Shown here: in pieces, positions 24,146 to 32,487 of the stretch
Layout of the letters: every line of letters begins with the position of its first letter
Position numbering within the stretch: the stretch's first letter is position 1
Source: Candidatus Zixiibacteriota bacterium
GTDB lineage: Bacteria > Zixibacteria > MSB-5A5 > GN15 > FEB-12
Length of the DNA: 46,674 bases
Assembly: GCA_044227335.1 (NCBI GenBank)
Contig: JBGAWZ010000001.1
Span: 1 to 46,674, forward strand
Reading direction: 5' to 3'
Position numbers and translations under genes: made by a program
Notes under the pieces: model-generated
What the model was told of the DNA's origin: nothing
Databases searched by the model: none
What the model saw: only the letters and a program-made list of their open reading frames with translations

Positions 24146-24807
24146 AAGGGTAGTTGTTCCTGTTTCAGCCGCTCCTTGCAGATAGCGACGTACTTGGGTT
24201 CAATCTCAATGCCGATAAACCTTCGTCCGAGTTGCTTTGCGGCGACAAGGGTTGTACCGGAACCAGCGAAGGGGTCGAGGATTGTTGCGTTCGGTTGAGC
24301 AAAATCGGCGATCAATTCTCGCAACAATTTGATCGGCTTTTGTGTAGGGTGGCAACGGTCATCGCGCTCTACACCACAAGACCAAAAACCATGCTTGCCG
24401 TTTGAGTTCCATTCCTTCGCGCCCTGTCCATGCATTATAGCCACACCTTCTCCGGGTTGCCCCGGTCGGTCACCGGTGAATTGTGGTACTCCGTCCGTTC
24501 TTCGCCAAAAACCAGCGCGAACCCAAGAACTACCACTTGCGCGTTTGTAGTCTCCAAACATTTCAAGGGCACAAAAACAGATAACCCAAGAGCGAGAAAT
24601 CCTCAATAATTCGGCGACGAAAGAAAAGTTTGACAGCGGCTCAAACGGTATAGCGGAGGAAGTTTCCCTGAATCCATACCTCGCCCCGTTGTGTGTTTTT
24701 TCGTCATACGGCGGGTCGGTCACAATCAAATCCACGCACTTATCCGGCCAGCCCCGCATGACTTCGAGGCAGTCCCCCGTTATTATCTGGTTGATCGGGA
24801 GCGTCAC
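24142..24807 (-). CDS. Beta-class DNA methyltransferase (DPPY motif, probably N6-adenine)
   Basis: Motifs IVTDPPYDEK and DPFAGSGTT. GTG start. The N-terminal 21 aa are nearly identical to the downstream MTase. Confidence 0.85.
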   Translation of the reverse strand: MTLPINQIITGDCLEVMRGWPDKCVDLIVTDPPYDEKTHNGARYGFRETSSAIPFEPLSNFSFVAELLRISRSWVICFCALEMFGDYKRASGSSWVRAGFWRRTDGVPQFTGDRPGQPGEGVAIMHGQGAKEWNSNGKHGFWSCGVERDDRCHPTQKPIKLLRELIADFAQPNATILDPFAGSGTTLVAAKQLGRRFIGIEIEPKYVAICKERLKQEQLPL

Positions 24808-25154
24808 TTGGGACAGCCCCCGACTTGCTCTGTCTCAAACTGTATCTTCCTCGCGTTCAATTTCCACTGGTGCTTGCCGATTGAGACAATCAACGTGAAT
24901 CCTTTTTCTACCATCTTCTTGAGCCGCTTGTCGGTGTGACCCAATTCATATCTCCATCGGTGTACATCACGCGCCACGTTAGCGGGCGCGGCGTTTATGT
25001 CGATAGATGGACGCGGCCCGTCAACAAGTATCTTCAATGCGCGAAAGTGCGACGGCGTTATCAAAGCCGGGAGTCCATTGACGTAGATAACGTGCCGGTT
25101 GCAGTGACCAAAGCTCTCCATGCGGTCGGTCAGTAGTAGAGTGTGGGCGATCAT
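24804..25154 (-). CDS. 116-aa hypothetical protein, weak winged-helix (OmpR-effector-like) resemblance
   Basis: Pattern VNGLPALITPSHFRALKILV...DVHRWRYELG. By-eye only. Confidence 0.3.
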   Translation of the reverse strand: MIAHTLLLTDRMESFGHCNRHVIYVNGLPALITPSHFRALKILVDGPRPSIDINAAPANVARDVHRWRYELGHTDKRLKKMVEKGFTLIVSIGKHQWKLNARKIQFETEQVGGCPK

Positions 25155-25525
25155 ATAACACCTTCGGATTCTTTGAGAAGTTCGGCGAAAAGGCAGTCAA
25201 CCTTGTGAGTTGATTCCGTGTGAAATGTGTCACCCTCATATACCCTAATGGTTGGTTCGTAGCAATAGGGGCATCCCGGTTCTTCTCCATATGACCCTGC
25301 GGCATTCCCGTTATCCCCTATTCCAACAAGTAACGCCCTCATCCTTCCCACCAAATCAACGAGCTTATCGTGAGAGTTGATAGCGTGGGCGATGGCCGCA
25401 GGGATGTCACTATTTGCTATGTAGACGTGAGCAATTCTACGGTGGATGGAATCGCGTATAAACAACCCGTCCATGAGCTTATCTTCAACCTCCACCGGCG
25501 TCTTAATTACATCAGATATTTTCAT
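25151..25525 (-). CDS. 124-aa hypothetical protein
   Basis: ATG 25525 preceded by AGGAGGGAAGG. The longer 196-aa track ORF would overlap the upstream gene by about 200 nt. Confidence 0.5.
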   Translation of the reverse strand: MKISDVIKTPVEVEDKLMDGLFIRDSIHRRIAHVYIANSDIPAAIAHAINSHDKLVDLVGRMRALLVGIGDNGNAAGSYGEEPGCPYCYEPTIRVYEGDTFHTESTHKVDCLFAELLKESEGVI

Positions 25526-25544
25526 CCTTCCCTCCTGTATGTTT

Positions 25545-26216
25545 TCAACTGGTTTCTCCTGCTCTGATTTTATTCCGGTTCCAAGCCCGGATGCAATTCC
25601 CCCAAGTCTGGTTATTCCGGTGTTGCTCCCATCGGATGTCGGTAGGACACATGAGAATTGCCTCCCTAATTTCGTCGGCCACAGACCGGAGCATAGACAC
25701 CCCCCCGACGTGGGCATATCCAACCTCAAAAGCCGATACAATATCGTCCTTGTTTCTTACCATCCAGTCATTGAAGTTCGCGAGTAGTTGTTGCGCGGGC
25801 GTTACCACTGCTTCTGTCTTATTAGCTTCTTGCTTCTGTAAGTGCGGAAGTTCCGTAGATTTTTCCTCACCATGAGGAATTTTCCGCAGTGTTTCTCGAC
25901 CCTCTTTATTGGGCTTAAGTGATTGCCAGAACAAGAACTTAGCTATTCGGACTTCGATTATCCCATTTTCATCCTCAGTGAAATAAATCTTTCCGTTTGT
26001 GCGGAATTTTCCCACGATCTTCCGCACGCTCTTCCCATCGACACCGCACGCCAGCCCCATTGCTCTCCAACTTTTGAACTTTGGTGCGGAATTTTCCGCA
26101 CCTTTTGCCATTATAATAAACTGCAAAAACACCCCTCTTTCGATGCCTGTTAGTGACATAAACCAAGCGTCCTCAAGCGTCCGAGTCCATATTTTTGCGT
26201 ACTCAAGATAGGGCAT
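25545..26216 (-). CDS. Replisome organizer / replication initiation-like protein (223 aa)
   Basis: Directly downstream of the DnaB-like helicase (TGAttATG). The N-terminal pattern W..TLEDAWFMSLTGIERGVFLQFIIMAKG resembles the phage replisome-organizer N-terminal domain. Confidence 0.45.
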   Translation of the reverse strand: MPYLEYAKIWTRTLEDAWFMSLTGIERGVFLQFIIMAKGAENSAPKFKSWRAMGLACGVDGKSVRKIVGKFRTNGKIYFTEDENGIIEVRIAKFLFWQSLKPNKEGRETLRKIPHGEEKSTELPHLQKQEANKTEAVVTPAQQLLANFNDWMVRNKDDIVSAFEVGYAHVGGVSMLRSVADEIREAILMCPTDIRWEQHRNNQTWGNCIRAWNRNKIRAGETS

Positions 26217-26218
26217 AA

Positions 26219-27634
26219 TCAAACATCCGAACTGCCTCGCCAAGTAGTCCGTTGGTCTGGTTCTGGGCGGGCATTCGCGGAATCATCCTCCCATGTGCCG
26301 GTAACAAACCGCGTCCTCACCCGATCAAACTTGCACCGAACAGACCCTGATTCCCCGTCTTTGTGTTTCGATATAATCACCTCAGCGTTGATAATACCGT
26401 CGGGGTTTTTGCCAAGCTCTTTGAGATATTGGGTAGACTGATCCCCGAATCGTTCTTGGAGTATTACCGCCCGGTTGAAAAGAAACAGCACGAGAGTAGC
26501 GTCTTGTTCGATTGCGCCCGAATCTCGGAGCATAGTCAATCGCGGGCGCGGCCACTTATTTGTACCGGGGTCACAGTCCCCATCATAGGTTCGCGCAAGT
26601 TGAGAGAGTGCGAAGATCGGAATATCCAACTCGCGCCCAAGCTCTTTGATCTGGCGGGAGATTGCCGTCATTTCCTGTGTGCGATTCTCCGGTCTGCCAA
26701 CCGATCTGATTTGTTGGATGTAGTCGAGTACGAGTAGTTTGATATTGTGCTTGCGCTTGTACTGCCGCGCCAGTGATCGAATATCGGTCATTGAAAGAGA
26801 GGCGTTGTCATTGATAAACACTGTCCCCTTGAGTGCGGAAATCTCTCGGCTTGCGTCGGAAATTAACCCCTGCTCGTGATCTGTGAATTTGTGGTCAACG
26901 TGCATGAGTTTGTATTTGTCGAGTCCGGTCTTTGCTGTGAATATCCTTTGAACCATCGACCGCTTTGATTGGTCGAGGGCGCAATAGAGAGAGTTGACAC
27001 CAAATTGGGCGTTGTAGAGACAGGCGTCAAAAGCAAAGGCGGTCTTTCCGAAACGCGGGGGAGCGGCAATCACAACGTAGTCGCTTGGCATGAATCCGGT
27101 AATCCGTTTGTTCAAATCGGATATACGAGTCTCAAGTCCGCGCTCCCACCTGTCTTTGTCCGAGAGGATATCAACCGCGAATCGCTCCGCTATGTCTTTG
27201 AGTGGCTCAGTTTCAACTACCCTCTTGCTTGTCAATTCAAGTAGGGAATGTTCAATAAACTCAATGAGTAGTTCGGGGTCTCGCCCCGGCTTGGCATCTT
27301 CAACCAAGGCCTCGCCGATCTGTCTGATCTTCCCTACTTGGTAGCGGAGATTCAACTGGTCGTAATGGTCTCTGATTGTGTTGACGCTCGACGTAGCGTA
27401 CTGGTCTACGGCCCCAACAAGTGCCGATAGAGTGATTGCGCCACCAGACGCGGCGGCGACCGAAACATAGTCAATCGGTCGGTTCCCCTTGTATAGCCCA
27501 ATCATCACCTGATAAACCGTTTTAGCGAACACCCTCTCAATGGCGGGCATCGGGAGTATCAATTCATCAAGCAAATCGGGCCGCTTGAGAATAGAGGTGA
27601 CATACCCAAGCTCGGTTTCGTCGTGATTTATCAT
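26219..27634 (-). CDS. dnaB: DnaB-like replicative DNA helicase
   Basis: Walker A AAPPRFGKTAFAF, Walker B LLVLDYIQQI, plus SQLAR and RDSGAIEQDA motifs. Start taken at MINHDETELG (27634). An in-frame ATG at 27673 is the alternative. Confidence 0.85.
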   Translation of the reverse strand: MINHDETELGYVTSILKRPDLLDELILPMPAIERVFAKTVYQVMIGLYKGNRPIDYVSVAAASGGAITLSALVGAVDQYATSSVNTIRDHYDQLNLRYQVGKIRQIGEALVEDAKPGRDPELLIEFIEHSLLELTSKRVVETEPLKDIAERFAVDILSDKDRWERGLETRISDLNKRITGFMPSDYVVIAAPPRFGKTAFAFDACLYNAQFGVNSLYCALDQSKRSMVQRIFTAKTGLDKYKLMHVDHKFTDHEQGLISDASREISALKGTVFINDNASLSMTDIRSLARQYKRKHNIKLLVLDYIQQIRSVGRPENRTQEMTAISRQIKELGRELDIPIFALSQLARTYDGDCDPGTNKWPRPRLTMLRDSGAIEQDATLVLFLFNRAVILQERFGDQSTQYLKELGKNPDGIINAEVIISKHKDGESGSVRCKFDRVRTRFVTGTWEDDSANARPEPDQRTTWRGSSDV

Positions 27635-27779
27635 AAGCCACCAAAAATAAGGCCCACCGGACGCGGTATGCACGCCGTAATCTGGTTAGGATTCGACCCG
27701 CGCCGGGGGCTTTTCTGTTTACTTAGGGATTTCCAATTACAGCGTGCATAGTGCAACCTACCATCCTCAAACCGGCCAG

Positions 27780-27977
27780 TCAAGAAGATTCTCGCATCCC
27801 CTTGCCGACATTTATGTGAACGTCCGGGCCGAAGCGCGTACCCTTCTCGGTGCACTCAGCATACGCCTCAGCAAATCCAAGCATAAAAGCCGCGTTCTTT
27901 GACGGGGCCAATACCACCCCCGCCCAATACTCCTGCCCTTTGCTCTTCACTATGACTGGGAACCGATAAAGGTACAT
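27780..27977 (-). CDS. 65-aa hypothetical protein
   Basis: ORF track, SD-like GGGAGTGAGGGA upstream. Confidence 0.45.
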   Translation of the reverse strand: MYLYRFPVIVKSKGQEYWAGVVLAPSKNAAFMLGFAEAYAECTEKGTRFGPDVHINVGKGMRESS

Positions 27978-28015
27978 CTATCCCTCACTCCCGAAAGAAT
28001 TGCGCCCTACGGGGC

Positions 28016-28420
28016 TTATTTGACGTTTAGCGGCCTTTTGGCTGTCCACTTAGAGCTGTCCTTTCCCCGGATTACCCGGTAGAGCCAATGATTGCCAATA
28101 CGGAGGGTGTCGCAGATAGTTGGATAACTCGCGTTACCCCTACACACCACCGTATCGTGTGGGAGTACGAAGCAAGAGTCGATCTTGAGTGGTTGCCTCG
28201 CCACAAAAAAGCTATCGGTTGGCCGCCAGTGTGGTTGGGTGACAATCCTATTTAGAATAGCGGACGTATCGACCCCCGCTACCAGTATAGCCCAAAGCAT
28301 GAATCCGGTGTACACTTCCTCATCTTCCTTAGTTTCATCGCCAAATAGCTCCGCGCCTGTATGTCGGCACACAAGCGCGGGGTTTATGTTGTTGGTTACA
28401 CTCTCGGCGGCCAAGACCAT
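28016..28420 (-). CDS. 134-aa hypothetical protein with one hydrophobic segment
   Basis: Start chosen at the internal ATG 28420 to limit overlap with the upstream gene. Start uncertain. Confidence 0.35.
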   Translation of the reverse strand: MVLAAESVTNNINPALVCRHTGAELFGDETKEDEEVYTGFMLWAILVAGVDTSAILNRIVTQPHWRPTDSFFVARQPLKIDSCFVLPHDTVVCRGNASYPTICDTLRIGNHWLYRVIRGKDSSKWTAKRPLNVK

Positions 28421-28773
28421 TCGCCGACAAGATCGCCGAACTTGCGACTTGTGACCCAAATGGAATCGCATCCGTCAAGAGTACATTGAAGGTTTACGCC
28501 GTGTATGTTCTCACCAAAGCAATGAGGGAATACGCGGGTGACTATCGCGGGCACAATCTCGCCGATAGTTGGATCGTTCCCGATATGTGCTTGTGCACCC
28601 TCCGGCCATTGGCCCGACTCAATCCTCTTTTCGATTGACTGCGAGTTTGTGCGGCGACGCCGGATTTGTTCAACGTCCACTTCTGTAAGTTTGTAATGGA
28701 CTATTCTCCCAATGGTCGGGATAGGCGCAACTGGGGTCTCCGCTTTCTTAGTGCCAACTTCGTCGTCGTACAT
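28396..28773 (-). CDS. 125-aa hypothetical protein
   Basis: ORF track. Confidence 0.45.
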   Translation of the reverse strand: MYDDEVGTKKAETPVAPIPTIGRIVHYKLTEVDVEQIRRRRTNSQSIEKRIESGQWPEGAQAHIGNDPTIGEIVPAIVTRVFPHCFGENIHGVNLQCTLDGCDSIWVTSRKFGDLVGEWSWPPRV

Positions 28774-28784
28774 TTCAATTCTCC

Positions 28785-29075
28785 TTAATGGTTATTCGCT
28801 CTTTTGTCTCGCAGTCTCTCCGCAAGATACGAGCGTGTTTGCAAATCTTGTCTCTGTCTCTGCACATGGAGCGGCGATCTCATTCTACTCAAATCCTGTT
28901 TTATTATCGCCACTGTCAGCCGATCAATGGCCGCGCTGTACTTCTCGGCTCTCTCTGAGCTAACCATGATCGTGTTGTCGCCGCCGCACGTTTCGCACAA
29001 AATTGAATGACCCTCATCGATCCGCTCCATCCCGTTTCGGCACGCCGTCGAGGGGCAGGGAATCCGTTGCATCAT
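28785..29075 (-). CDS. 96-aa zinc-ribbon protein (CPSTAC...CETCGG)
   Basis: ATG 29075 preceded by AAAGGAG. Two Cys pairs. Confidence 0.45.
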   Translation of the reverse strand: MMQRIPCPSTACRNGMERIDEGHSILCETCGGDNTIMVSSERAEKYSAAIDRLTVAIIKQDLSRMRSPLHVQRQRQDLQTRSYLAERLRDKRANNH

Positions 29076-29349
29076 CTTGGTACTCCTTTGGTTTAGGTGT
29101 ACCAATGTTATCGGCAACGGCGGTAGAATCTTTAGCGTGATTCTCCATAAAGTCCAGCACGTCGCGCAGGCAGGAATTGTTGAACGCGCAATTCTCGTTA
29201 GAGCTAAACACCCACTGACGCCACGATCTGTACCAAGAGATTATCCCAAGCTGAACGCCGGACTTGTTGTTGAATATCCGATAAACCGGCTTGCCCTCGA
29301 ATCGTTCGCCGCCGTCTTGTCTGATCGTGATGAACTTGTATTCTTTCAC
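29014..29349 (-). CDS. 111-aa hypothetical protein
   Basis: GTG start preceded by AAAGGAGGTG. Confidence 0.5.
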   Translation of the reverse strand: MKEYKFITIRQDGGERFEGKPVYRIFNNKSGVQLGIISWYRSWRQWVFSSNENCAFNNSCLRDVLDFMENHAKDSTAVADNIGTPKPKEYQDDATDSLPLDGVPKRDGADR

Positions 29350-29403
29350 CTTACACCTCCTTTTTGGTATCTGTATCGGCAGAATTGGCGGGGAGTTTAG
29401 GGG

Positions 29404-29832
29404 TCATTGTCCCTCACAATGATCTGGATGTTTAGTCTTCATATGTGCCGCCATATCTTTGAATGTCCGGTGACAATGCAGACAGACCCCGGCGTGGGCG
29501 CGTTTCTTTACCCTCGTGAGGTGTCCTCGATAGACGATTGCCCTACGTTCCTGATGATCGCGGGCGCGGCGGGTTTCGTCAAGTTGATCGGATAGCCCGA
29601 CGTTGCGAGATTTCAATACAGCTATCTCGCGCTCGGCTTTTTGTAGATTCGTTTCAACCGGAATCATTGAATGACCGAGCGGGCAGAATAGTTGATTCCG
29701 CCCGTTAACGCTCGAATTGTGCCGCCCTTCCCAATATCGGTCCATCAGGTCTTGTGGTACAGCGAATTTGATATGACACACACAACATTCATGCACTACC
29801 AATACCCCGATATATTCCATTGTTGTACTCAT
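29404..29832 (-). CDS. 142-aa zinc-finger/coiled-coil protein
   Basis: CCVCH near the N-terminus, CLHCHRTFKDMAAHMKTKH (C2H2-like) near the C-terminus. Confidence 0.5.
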   Translation of the reverse strand: MSTTMEYIGVLVVHECCVCHIKFAVPQDLMDRYWEGRHNSSVNGRNQLFCPLGHSMIPVETNLQKAEREIAVLKSRNVGLSDQLDETRRARDHQERRAIVYRGHLTRVKKRAHAGVCLHCHRTFKDMAAHMKTKHPDHCEGQ

Positions 29833-30317
29833 ATGGTCACTCTCTCCCCCACGCGATCAAGTAAGGCAATCCACTCTTTAGCAATGTAGTCCTCAACGTG
29901 GTAGATTTCAGACTTGAATACTCCAGCCGCGTCGTAGAAGGCGATAGAATACTCTTTGTCACCGAACGGGCGAACCTGTATCTCGCCTATCTTTTTGCGG
30001 GTGAAACAATTCACGATAGAGTTCCCCTCCATAGAGTGATAGTAATTCCGCGAATACTCCCACACCACCCACTTGATCGTTGTTGGAGCGGGGGGGTTCG
30101 CCGTACAGTCACAGATCACAACTCCGCCCAATGGTATCCCGTGCTTGCCGCATTTGGGGCACTTAGGATATGCGGCGTCCATTGCTTTGTCGTGCCGTTC
30201 ATTAACGTCCCTGTTCACCCGCTCCTGTTCGCGTCCTTCCAGTTCTTCCCGTAACCGTTTCGCGAAGTCGATCAGGGCGTCAAGTCTGCCCTTCATGTGG
30301 TCTAAGCTCTCAGTCAT
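29829..30317 (-). CDS. 162-aa coiled-coil plus zinc-ribbon protein (CPKCGKHG)
   Basis: ORF track, SD AAAGGTGGAGAA. Confidence 0.5.
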   Translation of the reverse strand: MTESLDHMKGRLDALIDFAKRLREELEGREQERVNRDVNERHDKAMDAAYPKCPKCGKHGIPLGGVVICDCTANPPAPTTIKWVVWEYSRNYYHSMEGNSIVNCFTRKKIGEIQVRPFGDKEYSIAFYDAAGVFKSEIYHVEDYIAKEWIALLDRVGERVTI

Positions 30318-30345
30318 TTCTCCACCTTTCGCTCATCAAGTGTTT

Positions 30346-30507
30346 TCATCGGGACTCCCTTAACTTATCGAGTGCCGCCTCCCACCGTTGTCTCGCCTCG
30401 CATCTACGTTCATGGTATCTTGGTTCTTGCGGTAAGAATACGACTTCCATCCACATCTTCTTCGCAATCCTTTCCAGTCTCCTGCGTTCACGACGCTTCA
30501 GTTTCAT
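30346..30507 (-). CDS. 53-aa Arg-rich micro-protein (MKLKRRERRRLERIAKK...)
   Basis: The ATG sits in a repeated junction sequence identical to that of the next upstream gene pair. Below the track cutoff. Confidence 0.35.
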   Translation of the reverse strand: MKLKRRERRRLERIAKKMWMEVVFLPQEPRYHERRCEARQRWEAALDKLRESR

Positions 30508-30844
30508 CACTCCCCTCCGGCGCGATTGTTAGGGTTGCGGTCTTGTCTACTGACATCTCGGCAAGGCACACAATTGGTTGCGATTTGACCATAGCGCAAT
30601 CTTCGCATACCGTTAGAGTGACTGGCTCCATCACGCTCATTGCCAAATCTTCGTTTGGCCCCATAACCGAAGCCAACGCCGCAGACCCAAGCATCATTGT
30701 CAGACCCTGTTGCCTTTCACACTTACGCATATCAACACCGAATCGCTCAATCGTGACCCTCCAAAAAAGCGGTACTCCACCAGCGAGTATTCCCTTCCCG
30801 CACAGGCGGCATTTTGCATTCTCACGAAGCTCACGTTCTTTCAT
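30488..30844 (-). CDS. 118-aa zinc-ribbon protein (CRLCGKG ... CEDC)
   Basis: ATGA overlap with the upstream gene. Confidence 0.5.
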   Translation of the reverse strand: MKERELRENAKCRLCGKGILAGGVPLFWRVTIERFGVDMRKCERQQGLTMMLGSAALASVMGPNEDLAMSVMEPVTLTVCEDCAMVKSQPIVCLAEMSVDKTATLTIAPEGSDETEAS

Positions 30845-31395
30845 CGCTCCCCCTCCGGCGCGATTGTTACGTTACGCCGACCTGTGCCGTCACAGGCGGG
30901 GCAATCCCACACGGACGGCGGTTGACCAGTTTCAGCAACTAATTCTTGCGGACTGTACTTCTTGCCGTTTTTGCACTCCCAGCACGGTATCGTACCGTCT
31001 ACTATGTCTTTGACGTGGCAGAGGATGGTCAAGTCGAGAACGTCAACGTCAATCACTGGTGTCGGGTAATCCTCGTTGTTGGCCCACGCGATCATAAAGC
31101 TGTAATCTCGCCAAACAATCACTCCGAAATCACCGCCCAATATTGGCTCTCCGTCAACCCGAAAGAGTACAACGTGCCCCTCGCAAACTGTTTGCTCTTT
31201 GCCGTCGAGAGTCTTTGCGGTCAAGCCAAAGAGAGGTTGGTAGAGGTCGCCATTTGCAAAATCGTATACCCAACCGAAGTAACCATACAGTAAGTTTTTC
31301 AAATCACGATCTTGAGTACAATACGGCGGCTTGGCGGCCATACCGACCCTCTTATTCGCCGTTGTTCTTTGCGGGATGATTATGTCACTTGCCAT
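30841..31395 (-). CDS. 184-aa protein with a C-terminal CWEC...CPAC zinc ribbon
   Basis: ORF track, ATG within the repeated junction TCACTTGCCAT. Confidence 0.5.
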   Translation of the reverse strand: MASDIIIPQRTTANKRVGMAAKPPYCTQDRDLKNLLYGYFGWVYDFANGDLYQPLFGLTAKTLDGKEQTVCEGHVVLFRVDGEPILGGDFGVIVWRDYSFMIAWANNEDYPTPVIDVDVLDLTILCHVKDIVDGTIPCWECKNGKKYSPQELVAETGQPPSVWDCPACDGTGRRNVTIAPEGER

Positions 31396-31495
31396 CTTTA
31401 CCCCCCAATCCCAGCCCGACCAAAAGACCGATGATTATGCCGACTACCAGAGGTAAAACGAAATGCTTGAAAATGATTTCCATGTCACTTGCCAT
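31385..31495 (-). CDS. 36-aa single-TM micro-protein (MASDMEIIFKHFVLPLVVGIIIGLLVGLGLGGKDGK)
   Basis: Fills the gap between two genes. Start and stop both lie in the repeated CATGGCAAGTGA junctions. Confidence 0.35.
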   Translation of the reverse strand: MASDMEIIFKHFVLPLVVGIIIGLLVGLGLGGKDGK

Positions 31496-31682
31496 GCTTC
31501 ACCTCGACGCGCTGGTATTTGGAAACGCGGTATCTATCGTTTGGATTATTTGCCACCCACTGTAACCGCTCACGCATTGCTTCGCACTTAATTAGCCCCG
31601 TTCCAACGGTCGGCTCCCATCGTTCGCGTTCATCGTTCCACATCTCCACCACCCACACAACCGCTTTACTTTTTCTTGCCAT
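31485..31682 (-). CDS. 65-aa hypothetical protein
   Basis: ORF track. Confidence 0.45.
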   Translation of the reverse strand: MARKSKAVVWVVEMWNDERERWEPTVGTGLIKCEAMRERLQWVANNPNDRYRVSKYQRVEVKHGK

Positions 31683-31863
31683 GCTTCACCACCTTTCGAT
31701 TGGCGAGGCGGACGAGGCGGCGGAGTTTCCAATCCTCGATACACCACCATTCAGACGGCCCCGCCTTGCGGCAGACAAACGTCTGCGCACGGTCGTTCTC
31801 GATCAAAATGTCGTCGCTTATGAGTTTATCGAACCGCAACGGGAAGTGTAGTTTTTTCGCCAT
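31666..31863 (-). CDS. 65-aa hypothetical basic protein
   Basis: ORF track. Confidence 0.45.
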   Translation of the reverse strand: MAKKLHFPLRFDKLISDDILIENDRAQTFVCRKAGPSEWWCIEDWKLRRLVRLANRKVVKHGKKK

Positions 31864-31864
31864 A

Positions 31865-32167
31865 TCACTTACCCCCTGCGGTGCGGCGTCTGATTTCTTC
31901 GGACAGGTTAATCCATCCAGAATCAGCCGCGTGTTTAGCGTATTCTTCCAACAGCCCCCTCAGCTTTGCCACCTCACCCTTGAGTGTGGCGATCTCGGTG
32001 CGGTCGGAGTCGATAGACTCGCGCGTAACTGAAACCATCTCACCAATCTCTCGACCCTCGACCGGGTAACCGCAGGCCTCGTGCATTTCTTCGTAGGTAA
32101 CGGAATGACCGCCCACTTCCTCTTTACAGTACGGACACCACCAATACCCCGCCGCTTTGTTGGTCAT
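31865..32167 (-). CDS. 100-aa zinc-ribbon/coiled-coil protein (CPYC)
   Basis: ORF track. Confidence 0.45.
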   Translation of the reverse strand: MTNKAAGYWWCPYCKEEVGGHSVTYEEMHEACGYPVEGREIGEMVSVTRESIDSDRTEIATLKGEVAKLRGLLEEYAKHAADSGWINLSEEIRRRTAGGK

Positions 32168-32487
32168 TTCGTTACCTCCTTGATCGGCTTCCCGCAGTAG
32201 GGGCAGAACGGCTTGGCCGATAAATCGTAGTACATCGCCACAATAGGTTCATTTTTGCAGTTGATGTAGATATTGGGGTTCAACGTACTATCAAACTTAC
32301 GGAGTTCCCATTCACAGCACTCCTTCTCCTCGGTCAACGAGGCGAGGGCGGCATCAAGCAGTGGTTTTGATCGACAGGTCCACGCGGCGACAAAATCATC
32401 AGAGCCAGACCTGATCTCGGCCTGTATTTGTTGAACCGACCGCACCGCCGCTACCAATCTCTCTACGCTTTCGGGGGTGTAGGTCAT
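32164..32487 (-). CDS. 107-aa protein with a C-terminal CPYCGKP zinc-ribbon half-site
   Basis: ORF track, ATGA coupling. Confidence 0.45.
   Translation of the reverse strand: MTYTPESVERLVAAVRSVQQIQAEIRSGSDDFVAAWTCRSKPLLDAALASLTEEKECCEWELRKFDSTLNPNIYINCKNEPIVAMYYDLSAKPFCPYCGKPIKEVTK

Noticed and set aside
25151-25741. Long versions of several track ORFs (25151..25741, 32669..33274, 20361..20663, 45467..46270, 28016..28471, 28785..29117)
   Set aside because: The N-terminal extensions overlap upstream genes by 60-200 nt and lack an RBS. Internal ATGs with good SD sites or 1-4-nt start/stop overlaps give consistent gene packing.
27660-27740. tRNA-like T-arm string GGGTCGAATCC on the minus strand upstream of dnaB
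   Set aside because: I could not fold flanking sequence into acceptor, anticodon or T stems, so it is probably a chance match. The nearby short CCCG/CGGG stem is too weak to call a terminator.
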